A stretch of 64,000 nucleotides of DNA from an uncultured Phycisphaerales bacterium (GTDB taxonomy: Bacteria; Planctomycetota; Phycisphaerae; Tepidisphaerales; Tepidisphaeraceae), in contig CAWJPJ010000008.1 in the NCBI GenBank assembly GCA_963844715.1, positions 608,001 through 672,000 of the forward strand. Direction: 5' to 3'. Positions 1-8,623 of this stretch are shown piece after piece; within the stretch, counting starts at the first letter, position 1; every line of letters starts with the position of its first letter. The notes beneath the pieces were generated by a model, which was not told the DNA's origin, did no database searches, and saw nothing but the letters and a program-made list of their open reading frames with translations. The position numbers and the translations under genes are program-made.

Positions 1-579
1 AACGAGCGGCAGCTTAACGAAGTGCGCAAGCATTTCGGGTTTCTATTCCAGATGGGGGCGCTGTTCGATTCGGAAACGGTTGCCAACAACATCGCCTTTC
101 CGCTGGTGGAACACACGCGCAAATCGCCGGAGGAGATCGCCCAGATCGTGAAGCAGAAATTGACCATGGTGGGGCTTCCCGACGCCGGTCCGAAAATGCC
201 CGCCGAGCTTTCCGGCGGGCAGCGCAAGCGCGTGGCGCTGGCGCGGGCGATTGCCCTGGAGCCGGAGGTGATTCTTTACGACGAGCCGACGACCGGGCTC
301 GACCCGATCCGCTCGGATGTGATCAATGAACTGATCATCCGATTGCAGAGGCAGCTTGCGGTGACGAGCGTGGTCGTCACCCACGACATGCACAGCGCCT
401 TCAAGGTGGGGGACCGCATCGTGATGCTGCACGAGGGGAAGCTGATTTTCGACGGCACGCCGGAAAAAATGAAAGCGTCGAGCGATCCCATCGTGCGGCG
501 ATTCATCACGGGCGAGGCGGGGGAAAAGGAATTGGAGGGTCTGTCGCTTTTCGATCCGGAGGGCGTTTGCGAAAAATGA
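1..579 (+). CDS. ABC transporter ATP-binding protein, MlaF/Mkl-like (5' partial)
   Basis: LSGGQRKRVALARA signature, ILYDEPTTGLDP Walker B and VTHD switch; frame is open from base 1; adjacent to an MCE gene. Confidence 0.9.
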   Translation, partial: NERQLNEVRKHFGFLFQMGALFDSETVANNIAFPLVEHTRKSPEEIAQIVKQKLTMVGLPDAGPKMPAELSGGQRKRVALARAIALEPEVILYDEPTTGLDPIRSDVINELIIRLQRQLAVTSVVVTHDMHSAFKVGDRIVMLHEGKLIFDGTPEKMKASSDPIVRRFITGEAGEKELEGLSLFDPEGVCEK

Positions 580-644
580 TCGGCGCAATCGCAATCACGT
601 GCTGTTCGGGATATTCTTTTTAGAGCGGCTCTCGGGAGGCTCGT

Positions 645-1493
645 ATGTCCTCATATCGCCGAAACCTCATCGTCGGAAGCACCGTTCTGGTGGCGACGTG
701 TCTGTTCATGTGGATGGCGCTGAAATTTTCGGGTCGGACGGCGGAGCTCTTCGCGCCGCCGCAGATTTCGATCCATTTCACCAGCACGCGCGCCGACGGG
801 CTGAGCCAGGGGTCGCCGGTTTATTTTCTTGGCGTGGATGTGGGCCGCGTGACGAATCTGGTCCGCCGCGCGGACAATTCCGGAGTTGACATCGACGCGC
901 AGGTGGATCGCAGCCCGCCGCTGCCGGCGAATCTGTCGGCGTCCATTTCGTCGTCGAGCGCCATCAGCGGCGGCACCTATCTCAGTCTGGATCTCGTCGG
1001 CAATCATCCCGAGGGTGAGTTGAAGTCCGGGGCGACGCTGCCGGCGGCCTATGTGGGGTTGGAGCTTCGCTTGCTACCGCCCGAGGTGACCAAAGCCGCC
1101 ACGCAGATCGGGGAGATGAGCGATGAAATCCGCAAGACCATGAAGCAGTTCCGCGAGTCGGGGGCGGTCGATCATTTGAATCAGACGCTGACGCAGTTAT
1201 CCGACGAAACGGCCAAGCTGCAAACGCTTACCGACAGCGTGGAACAGAATTCGCAGTCGCTGAGCAAACAGCTCGGAGACCGCCTGACGCAAATCGCCGG
1301 GGTTTTGAACAATCTGCAAAACATCTCGGCCAAGGTGGATCAGGGGAAGGGGACGGCGGGGTTGTTCGTCAACGATCCCCGGCTGTATGAGGCGATGGCG
1401 GATTGCGTGAATCAGTTGGACGCCACGGCGGCGGATTTGCATCGGCTGGTGGATCAATGGGAGCAAGAAGGGGTATCGCTAAAGCTCAAATGA
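645..1493 (+). CDS. MlaD/MCE family protein
   Basis: N-terminal TM segment, ADGLSQGSPVYFLGVDVGRV MCE motif, coiled-coil region, C-terminal GKGTAGLFVNDPRLY. Confidence 0.88.
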   Translation: MSSYRRNLIVGSTVLVATCLFMWMALKFSGRTAELFAPPQISIHFTSTRADGLSQGSPVYFLGVDVGRVTNLVRRADNSGVDIDAQVDRSPPLPANLSASISSSSAISGGTYLSLDLVGNHPEGELKSGATLPAAYVGLELRLLPPEVTKAATQIGEMSDEIRKTMKQFRESGAVDHLNQTLTQLSDETAKLQTLTDSVEQNSQSLSKQLGDRLTQIAGVLNNLQNISAKVDQGKGTAGLFVNDPRLYEAMADCVNQLDATAADLHRLVDQWEQEGVSLKLK

Positions 1494-1636
1494 CGAATGA
1501 CGAATGATAAATGTGCGCCAGCATCCGCCGCGGCGGGACGAATCAATGACCGAATGTTCGAACATTGGTACATTCGAGCATTGATTCGTCCCGCCGCGGC
1601 GGATGCTGGCGCACATTTATCATTCGTCATTCGTCA
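1491..1636. repeat. Long intergenic palindrome with perfect 58 bp arms built on AATGACG heptamers
   Basis: 1491-1548 is the exact reverse complement of 1579-1636; the 30 bp spacer is also partly self-complementary. Confidence 0.95.
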
Positions 1637-1993
1637 CTTCACTAGATGGGGCTTCGCCTTTTCCACGACGGCGTCGAACGCGGCTGGGTCGGCGATGGCC
1701 AGTTCGCTCAGCATCTTGCGATTGAGTTCGATTCCGGCCGCGACGAGGGCGGGGATGAAACGGTTGTAACTGATTCCGCGAAGACGCAGCGCGGCGCCCA
1801 GGCGGGTGATCCAGAGGGAGCGGAAATGGCGTTTCCGCTGGCGGCGGTCGCGATAGGCGTAGACGCCGGCCTTGCGGACGAATTCGAGGGCGGGGCGGTA
1901 GAGCGTTCCCGAGGCGGCTCGGAAACCCTTGGCGGCCTTGAGGACGCGTTTTCGTTTGCGGGCGTGGGTGGCGCCGCCGGTGGATCGGGGCAT
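1634..1993 (-). CDS. rplT: 50S ribosomal protein L20
   Basis: MPRSTGG...AYRDRRQRKRHFRSLWITRL...LNRKMLSELAIADP. Confidence 0.97.
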   Translation of the reverse strand: MPRSTGGATHARKRKRVLKAAKGFRAASGTLYRPALEFVRKAGVYAYRDRRQRKRHFRSLWITRLGAALRLRGISYNRFIPALVAAGIELNRKMLSELAIADPAAFDAVVEKAKPHLVK

Positions 1994-1994
1994 G

Positions 1995-2261
1995 TTAAGA
2001 CTTCCTCTCTGAGGCCGATTCCGCCAGTTCTCGCTCGTGCCGAACTTTGCCGGGGTGCAGGCCGCCGACACCCATGAGTTTTCGCATGTTTCGGGCGTGG
2101 CCTTCGAACAGGATTTCGGGTTGGCGGAGCTTTCGCCGCCTGGAAGCGGGGCGCGAACTCATGAGATGGGAGGTGAACCCGTGATGGCGTTTCAGCTTCC
2201 CGGTCTTGGTCAGACGCATCCGCTTGGCGACACTTTTATTGGGCTTGAACTTATACGCCAT
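1995..2261 (-). CDS. rpmI: 50S ribosomal protein L35 with C-terminal extension
   Basis: MAYKFKPNKSVAKRMRLTKTGKLKR...SHL; lies between infC and rplT. Confidence 0.92.
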   Translation of the reverse strand: MAYKFKPNKSVAKRMRLTKTGKLKRHHGFTSHLMSSRPASRRRKLRQPEILFEGHARNMRKLMGVGGLHPGKVRHERELAESASERKS

Positions 2262-2425
2262 GGGTAATCCTTGGAAATTCGGACAAACACCCTTCCAGAA
2301 GCGAAGGGGCGGGAAATATAGCAGAGCGGGCGGGAACTGTCCAACATGCGAGAAAGCCAACGGATGGTCCATCGACGAACTCGGGACGGGCCATCCGGTG
2401 GCTTTTTTTTGCTGGAAATAGCGGC

Positions 2426-3099
2426 TTACCGGGCCGCGGCCTGCGCTGCGGGGGCTGCTGCTGCCGCTGCTGCCGCGGCGGCTGGGGCTGGTGCGGCGGC
2501 CGCCGGGCGGGTGGGGATGTTCATGCCGCTGCCGGCGGAGAACGCCGGCGCTTTGCCCGCGGGCACCGGCTGCTTGGCGCCGGCGGGCTTGTGCTCGGGC
2601 TGGAGCACCAGGGTCATGCGGCGGCCTTCCATCTTCGTGTCCCGCTCGATTTTGCTGTATTGCCAGAGTTCCGTCTTCACCTTGTTGAAAAGATCGCGGC
2701 CCAGATCGAGGTGGGCCATTTCGCGGCCTTTGAATTGCAGCGTGAATTGAACCTTGTTCCCCTCTTTGAGGAAATCGCGGGCCCGATTGATTTTGATCAT
2801 CAGATCGTGGTCGCCGATCTTGACGGTTTTGATTTTCAGCTCTTTAAGCTGCCCGGCGCGGGCCCCGGCGCGGGATTTGTCTTCTTTTTTCTGTTGCTGG
2901 TAGCGCCACTTGCCATAGTCCATGATTTTGCAGACTGGCGGGCGTGCGGTGGGGGCGACTTCGACGAGGTCCAGGCCGGCTTCGCGCGCGAGCGCATCGC
3001 TTCGGCGGTGGAAGTGGGTCCAACTTTTTCGTCTAGAGCGTTGATCAGGAAAATCGGCGAAATGCGGATCTGTTCATTGTGACGGAAATTCGTAGTAAT
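2426..3099 (-). CDS. infC: Translation initiation factor IF-3 (ATT start; one indel near 2993)
   Basis: HNEQIRISP...GLDLVEVAPTARPPVCKIMDYGK...KVQFTLQFKGREM; GGAGGT SD at 3106-3111, 6 nt before ATT. Confidence 0.93.
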
Positions 3100-3271
3100 A
3101 ACCTTACCTCCAAAAAAAACACGCCACGGACATTCGCGAGGGACACGGCCTCAGAAGGAGTTACCCCTGACGCCCGGCAGTGTCACTCGTGAAACATCTG
3201 TGGCTACCGACCATTCCCTGCAAAGCCCGGCCGAACGCCGGTCGGGCCGAAACATATTCGAACTATAAACA

Positions 3272-3300
3272 ATTATCGGCCGGTAGGGCTGGTTTTTCAA
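3272..3300 (-). promoter_or_regulatory. sigma70-like promoter for the infC leader
   Basis: TTGAAA-N17-GATAAT on the minus strand. Confidence 0.6.
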
Positions 3301-3372
3301 GGGAAAAAACATGTATTACAAGGGCGAATCGTTTTCGAGCCCGAAATTTAGCATTTGCGCGTCGTCAGGAGC

Positions 3373-5298
3373 CTAATGCGAGGTGCCGCGGGCGGCTATT
3401 TCGGCTTTGCAGTGTGAGATGAAATCCTCGATGGAGATGGCGCCTTCATCCACGCCGGCGCGGGTTCTAACGGCGACGGTGCGGTTTTCGGCCTCTTTTT
3501 GGCCGACGATCAGGAGATAGGGGATTTTCTGCATGGCGGCGTCGCGAATCTTAGCGCCGATTTTATCGGCATTGAGATTTCCCTCGACGCGCAGGCCGGC
3601 GGCTTTTAGCGCATTAATCACTTCCCCCGCATATGCGTTGAACTTTTCGCTGATGGAAAGAACGGTTGCCTGCACGGGGGCGAGCCAGAGGGGGAAAGCG
3701 CCGGCGTGGTGCTCGATGAGAATCCCCAGGAACCGCTCCATGCTGCCGACGATGGCGCGGTGGAGCATGAAGGGGACGTGCTCGGCGTTGTCCTCGCCGA
3801 CGTAGCGAGCGCCGAGCCGCTCGGGCATGTTGCCATCGACCTGAATGGTTCCGAGTTGCCACATGCGGCCCAGGGCATCGGAAATCTGGAATTCCAGCTT
3901 GGGGCCGTAGAAGGCGCCTTCGCCGGGGTTGACGTCGTACTGCATGTTCATGTGAATGAGGGCATCGGCAAGGGCTTTTTCGGTTTTGTCCCACATGGCG
4001 TCGGTTCCGAGTCGCTTGGCCGGGCGCGTGGAGAGCTTGGTAATGACCTTTTCGAAGCCGAAATCTTTGTAAACCTGCTGAAGGATGCGCACGAAATCCC
4101 TGACTTCCGATTCGATCTGATCCTCGGTGCAGAAGATGTGGGCGTCGTCCTGGGTGAAGGCGCGGACGCGCATGATGCCGTGAAGGGTGCCGCCGGGTTC
4201 GTTGCGATGGCAGGCGCCGAATTCGCTCATCCGCAGAGGCAGGTCGCGATAGCTTTTGGTCCCCTGGTTAAAAATCAGAATATGGCACGGGCAATTCATC
4301 GGCTTGATCGCAAACGTGCGTTTTTCGCTTTCGGTGACGAACATCATTTCTGAGAATTTTTCCCAGTGCCCGCTCTTTTCCCAAAGCGAGCGATCCAGAA
4401 GCTGCGGCGTGCGGACTTCGATGTAGCCGTTGCGGCGGATGGTCTGGCGGATGTAATCCTCGACGATGCGCCACAGCGTCCACCCCTTGTCGTGCCAGAA
4501 AACGCTGCCGGGGGCTTCTTCCTGCTGGTGGAAGAGATCGAGCTGCTTGCCGAGGACGCGGTGGTCGCGCTTTTTCGCTTCTTCCAGAAGGTGCAGGTGA
4601 GTTTCCAGTTCCTTTTTGTCGAAAAAGGCGGTGCCATAAATGCGCGTGAGCTGCTCGCGATTGCTGTCCCCGCGCGAGTACGCGCCGGCGACGCTCATTA
4701 ATTTGAAGGCTTTGATTTTTCCGGTGGCTGGGATGTGCGGGCCGCGGCATAGGTCTGTGAAATCCCCCTGGCGATAAATGGAAACGGTTTTTTCCCCGGC
4801 CTTTTGCAACTCGTCGATAATCTCGTCCTTGAACCGCTGGTTCTCCTTGTGGAGCAGTTCCTTGGCGGTTTGGGGCGTCACGTCCTCGCGCGAAAAGGCG
4901 AGATTCTGGGCGACGATCTTCTCCATCTCTTTTTCGATCTTCGGCAGTTCGTCGACCGAAAAGCCGGGCGGGAGTTCGAAGTCATAGAAGAAACCATTGT
5001 CGATGACCGGGCCGATGGTGTACTGGACTTTGTCCCCGTAAAGGTGGCGCAGCGCCTGGGCGAGCACGTGGGCGGTGCTGTGGCGCATGATGTAAAGGCC
5101 GTCCGGATCTTTTTCCGTGATGATGGAGACGTCGTGGGAGCCGGCGAGTTTGCTGGAGAGATCGACGAGCTTGCCATCGACTTTCCCGGCGATGGCGGCC
5201 CTGGCCAGGCCCTTGCCGATCGACTCGGCCAGTTGCATGACGCTGGAGCCGTCGGGGAGTTCCTTAATATTGCCGTCGGGAAGCTTAATCGCGGCCAT
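3373..5298 (-). CDS. thrS: Threonine--tRNA ligase
   Basis: TGS domain, RHSTAH, DLCRGPH, KPMNCP, AFYGPK and MLHRAI motifs. Confidence 0.98.
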   Translation of the reverse strand: MAAIKLPDGNIKELPDGSSVMQLAESIGKGLARAAIAGKVDGKLVDLSSKLAGSHDVSIITEKDPDGLYIMRHSTAHVLAQALRHLYGDKVQYTIGPVIDNGFFYDFELPPGFSVDELPKIEKEMEKIVAQNLAFSREDVTPQTAKELLHKENQRFKDEIIDELQKAGEKTVSIYRQGDFTDLCRGPHIPATGKIKAFKLMSVAGAYSRGDSNREQLTRIYGTAFFDKKELETHLHLLEEAKKRDHRVLGKQLDLFHQQEEAPGSVFWHDKGWTLWRIVEDYIRQTIRRNGYIEVRTPQLLDRSLWEKSGHWEKFSEMMFVTESEKRTFAIKPMNCPCHILIFNQGTKSYRDLPLRMSEFGACHRNEPGGTLHGIMRVRAFTQDDAHIFCTEDQIESEVRDFVRILQQVYKDFGFEKVITKLSTRPAKRLGTDAMWDKTEKALADALIHMNMQYDVNPGEGAFYGPKLEFQISDALGRMWQLGTIQVDGNMPERLGARYVGEDNAEHVPFMLHRAIVGSMERFLGILIEHHAGAFPLWLAPVQATVLSISEKFNAYAGEVINALKAAGLRVEGNLNADKIGAKIRDAAMQKIPYLLIVGQKEAENRTVAVRTRAGVDEGAISIEDFISHCKAEIAARGTSH

Positions 5299-5322
5299 GG
5301 TCCTGCGCACTATAATCGAAAC

Positions 5323-5823
5323 ATGGCAAATTCAAACGCCCCCATCGACCCGCAGGTTCGCATCGGGCACGTTCATCTGAAAGTGGCGGATTTGGAGCGA
5401 TCGCTGCGGTTTTATCGCGACGTCCTGGGGCTGCAGGTGACGCAGAAAATGGGAAACTCCGCGGCGTTTCTTTCGGCCGGCGGATACCACCATCACATCG
5501 GGTTGAAAACGTGGGAAAGCAAGGACGGAACGCCGCCGCCGGCGGGATCAACCGGGCTATATCACGTCGCGATTCTCTATCCGACCAGGGCGAAACTGGC
5601 CGATGCATTGCGAAGATTGATCGCCGCGAAGATTCCCCTCGAAGGGGCGGCGGATCACGGCGTCAGCGAGGCGCTTTACCTCCGCGACCCGGATCAAAAC
5701 GGCGTGGAGCTTTATTGGGATCGGCCCAGGGGGGAATGGCCGCGGACGCCGGAGGGGGAATTGGCGATGGTGACGGAGCCGCTGGATTTGAATGAACTGC
5801 TGAAGGATGCGGAACCGGCTTAA
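5323..5823 (+). CDS. VOC/glyoxalase family protein (CatE-like)
   Basis: IGHVHLKVADLERS...GYHHHIGL...GLYHVA...DHGVSEALYLRDPDQNGVELYWD. Confidence 0.9.
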   Translation: MANSNAPIDPQVRIGHVHLKVADLERSLRFYRDVLGLQVTQKMGNSAAFLSAGGYHHHIGLKTWESKDGTPPPAGSTGLYHVAILYPTRAKLADALRRLIAAKIPLEGAADHGVSEALYLRDPDQNGVELYWDRPRGEWPRTPEGELAMVTEPLDLNELLKDAEPA

Positions 5824-5871
5824 GCCAGGCCAAAGCGATGTCTGGAAGTTTTGGTGTACAATAGGTTATCG

Positions 5872-6112
5872 ATGGATGATCTGGCCGCACAACTTGCCAA
5901 ACGGGATCGGTTCCGCCGGAAGCTTTCGCAGAATAAGTCCCCTGCCGAGCGAATGCTGAACATGGCGGCGCTCCAGGAACAAATGTGGGCGACTTTGCGG
6001 CGATCGCCGGAGGGGTACGCGCATTTCCTGCGCCCGCAATTTCAAGGCGCGCACGATTCCTGTCCAGGTCGCGAACCAGTTCACCGAATCAGCGAAATCC
6101 CAAACCGGATGA
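5872..6112 (+). CDS. Small hypothetical protein (probable indel near 6033)
   Basis: Short helical ORF MDDLAAQLAKRDRFRRKL...; removing one C gives ...HFLRRNFKARTIPV with a stop at 6110-6112. Confidence 0.4.
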
Positions 6113-7028
6113 TCGAACTGCTTTGGTTGTACGTGAGCAGTGAATCGCCGTAGCCGACGAAGTATTGAACATCGAGGCAGAGATCCAGGCCGCTTCTTTC
6201 CAGCAGGGGCAGATTGGAAACCGGGCAGGTCAGATCGAGCTGGAGGCTTCCGCGATTGAAGCCGCTGCCGACGCGGCCGAGGGCGGCCAGTTGGACGCCG
6301 TTGTGCTGCCCGAATACCGCGCGCAGGTCGCAATAGCCGCGATATTTCTCGATATCGGGGTTGTCGGAGATGTCGCCCAGATAGCAATAAAACCGCGGCT
6401 CCAGTTTCAGGAAGTAGGGGGTGTCGGCTCCGATCGTGGCCGAGGGCTGAATGAAGGCGATATTCATTCCGCGGTGATTCGGCTCCATCTGTCCGTTGGA
6501 TTCGTGTCCCACGCCGACCAGGAAATCCTTCGTGAAAATCTTTGGCCACAGCGGGGGCGGGTCCTCGAACTGGTAGAACAATTCCGGGCGATAACTGCTG
6601 TCGTAAAAAAAGGGTTCGTCGGGATTACTGGTATCCCACAGCGACGTCTGCGAATAGCCGAAATTCAAATCCGAGAGATACCAATCATTTTGGGTGGGGC
6701 CCTGATAGTCGGGATTCACAAATCGGTATCTGATGCTGAACTGAAATTTGACGTTCGGCGATTGAGCCCCTCCGACAAAATACATGGGTTCATAAGCCGC
6801 GAAGTGCTTGATGAACTGGTTGAGTTCGTCCTGATCCGGATTAGCCGTGGGGCGGCTGGTGTCCGATTGCGTGGTGGCCGGTCCGAGCAAATCCATACTC
6901 AATGGCTGGGCATTTTCGAAGGGCGCGTCGTCCGAGTCCGCCAATAATCGACCATCGATCGCCAGAAGGAAAAATGGGAGCAAAGCCCAGGAGTACCGGG
7001 ATCCGTGGGCGTTATTCGTGCAGTTCAT
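6081..7028 (-). CDS. pldA: Outer membrane phospholipase A (OMPLA)
   Basis: Signal peptide; KFQFS, FGYSQTSLW, YRPELF, catalytic HESNG, GYGDSLLTYN. Confidence 0.88.
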   Translation of the reverse strand: MNCTNNAHGSRYSWALLPFFLLAIDGRLLADSDDAPFENAQPLSMDLLGPATTQSDTSRPTANPDQDELNQFIKHFAAYEPMYFVGGAQSPNVKFQFSIRYRFVNPDYQGPTQNDWYLSDLNFGYSQTSLWDTSNPDEPFFYDSSYRPELFYQFEDPPPLWPKIFTKDFLVGVGHESNGQMEPNHRGMNIAFIQPSATIGADTPYFLKLEPRFYCYLGDISDNPDIEKYRGYCDLRAVFGQHNGVQLAALGRVGSGFNRGSLQLDLTCPVSNLPLLERSGLDLCLDVQYFVGYGDSLLTYNQSSSIIRFGISLIR

Positions 7029-7040
7029 GGTCAGAGTTTT

Positions 7041-7072
7041 AAACCACGGATTTCGCGGATGACACGGATAAA
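7041..7072. repeat. Short (C/G)CGGAT/ACGGAT tandem repeat remnant
   Basis: aaccacggatttcgcggatgacacggataa between pldA and glpK. Confidence 0.5.
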
Positions 7073-7109
7073 ATGTTTTTTGTTCGGCGCTGGGCGTTCA
7101 TCGGCTCGT

Positions 7110-8616
7110 TCAAACCCAACCCAGGGATCGCTCCAGGGCTTTGTGCCAGCCTGCGATTCGCTTGTCTCTTTCTTCCTTGCTCATGGCTGGTTGCCAGGTG
7201 TGATCTTGTTGCCAGTGGCGGCGAAGTTCAGTCCAGTCGGACCAGAAACCGACCGCCAGGCCGGCGGCGTAGGCGGCGCCGAGGGCTGTGGTTTCTCGAA
7301 TTTTACTTCGGGTGACGGGGATGCCGAGGATGTCGGATTGGAATTGCATGAGGATCGCGTTGCCGGTCATGCCGCCGTCGACTTTCATGTGGGTGATGGT
7401 TTTTTCGGAATCGCGGGACATGGCGTCGGCGACGTCGCGGGTTTGATAGGCGACGGCTTCCAGGACGGCGCGGGCGAGGTGATGTTTATTCGCGTAAGCG
7501 GTGAGGCCGGCGATGAGGCCTCGGGCGTCGGAGGCGCCAGTAGGGGGCGAAGAGGCCGGAGAAGGCGGGCACGATGTAGACGCCGCCGCTGTCGGAATCG
7601 CCGGCGGCGAGGGTTTCGATCTCGGCGGCACTCTGGATCATGCCGAGTTTGTCGCGCATCCATTGGACGAGGGAGCCGGCGACGGCGACGGAGCCTTCGA
7701 GGGCGTATTGGGCGGGCTCGCCGGATTTTTGATAGGCGACCGTGGTGAGCAATCCGCTTTTGCTTTGAACGGGCGAGGTCCCCGTGTTCAAAAGCAAAAA
7801 GCAGCCGGTGCCGTAGGTGTTTTTGGATTCGCCGGGGTCGAAGCAGCATTGGCCGACGAGGGCGGCCTGTTGATCGCCGAGGTTTCCGCAGATAGGGACT
7901 CGCGCCCCCAGCGGTCCGTCGGGGAGGGTTGTGCCCCAGCCTTGCGGGTCGATGCTGGACGTGATCGCGGGGAGCATTTTTTCCTCGACGCCCATGATTT
8001 CGATCATCCGGCGATCCCATTGGAGGGTTTTGAGATCGAGGAGCAGGGTGCGCGAGGCGTTGGTGACGTCCGTGACGTGTCGGCCGCCGGATTTTCCGCC
8101 GGTGAGATTCCAGATGAGCCAGGAGTCGATGGTGCCGAAGAGGGCGTCTCCCTTTTTGGCCGCGGCGCGGGCATTAGGGACGTTGTCGAGAATCCATTTC
8201 AGCTTCGGCGCGGAAAAATAAGTTGCCAGGGGGAGGCCGGTGACGGGGCGGAAGCGATCGATGCCGGCGTCCTTGGCAAGATCGTCGCACATTGGTTTGG
8301 TGCGCGTGTCCTGCCAGACGATGGCGTTGCAGAGGGGCAGGCCGGTGTTGCGATCCCAAACAATTGTGGTTTCGCGCTGGTTGGTGATTCCCAGTGCGGC
8401 GATCTCGCCGGGTTTGGCGCCGGCGGTGGCGATGGCCTGGGCGACGAGTTTTTGCGTGGCGTGCCAGATTTCGATTGGGTCGTGCTCGACCCAGCCGCTT
8501 CTGGGGAAGATTTGCCGGTGTTCCTGCTGCGCGGTGGCGACGGGGCCGATCTGGTTAAAAATGATGCAGCGTGTGCTGGCGGTTCCCTGGTCGATTGCCG
8601 CGACGAATCGGGCCAT
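7110..8616 (-). CDS. glpK: Glycerol kinase (indel near 7533)
   Basis: [42 protein letters not shown]-terminal half [10 protein letters not shown]...ETTALGAA is in the next frame. Confidence 0.95.
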
Positions 8617-8623
8617 GGCGGGA

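Noticed and set aside
4804..5322. N-terminal extension of the VOC protein
   Set aside because: It overlaps thrS antisense; the real start is ATG 5323 behind TATAAT.
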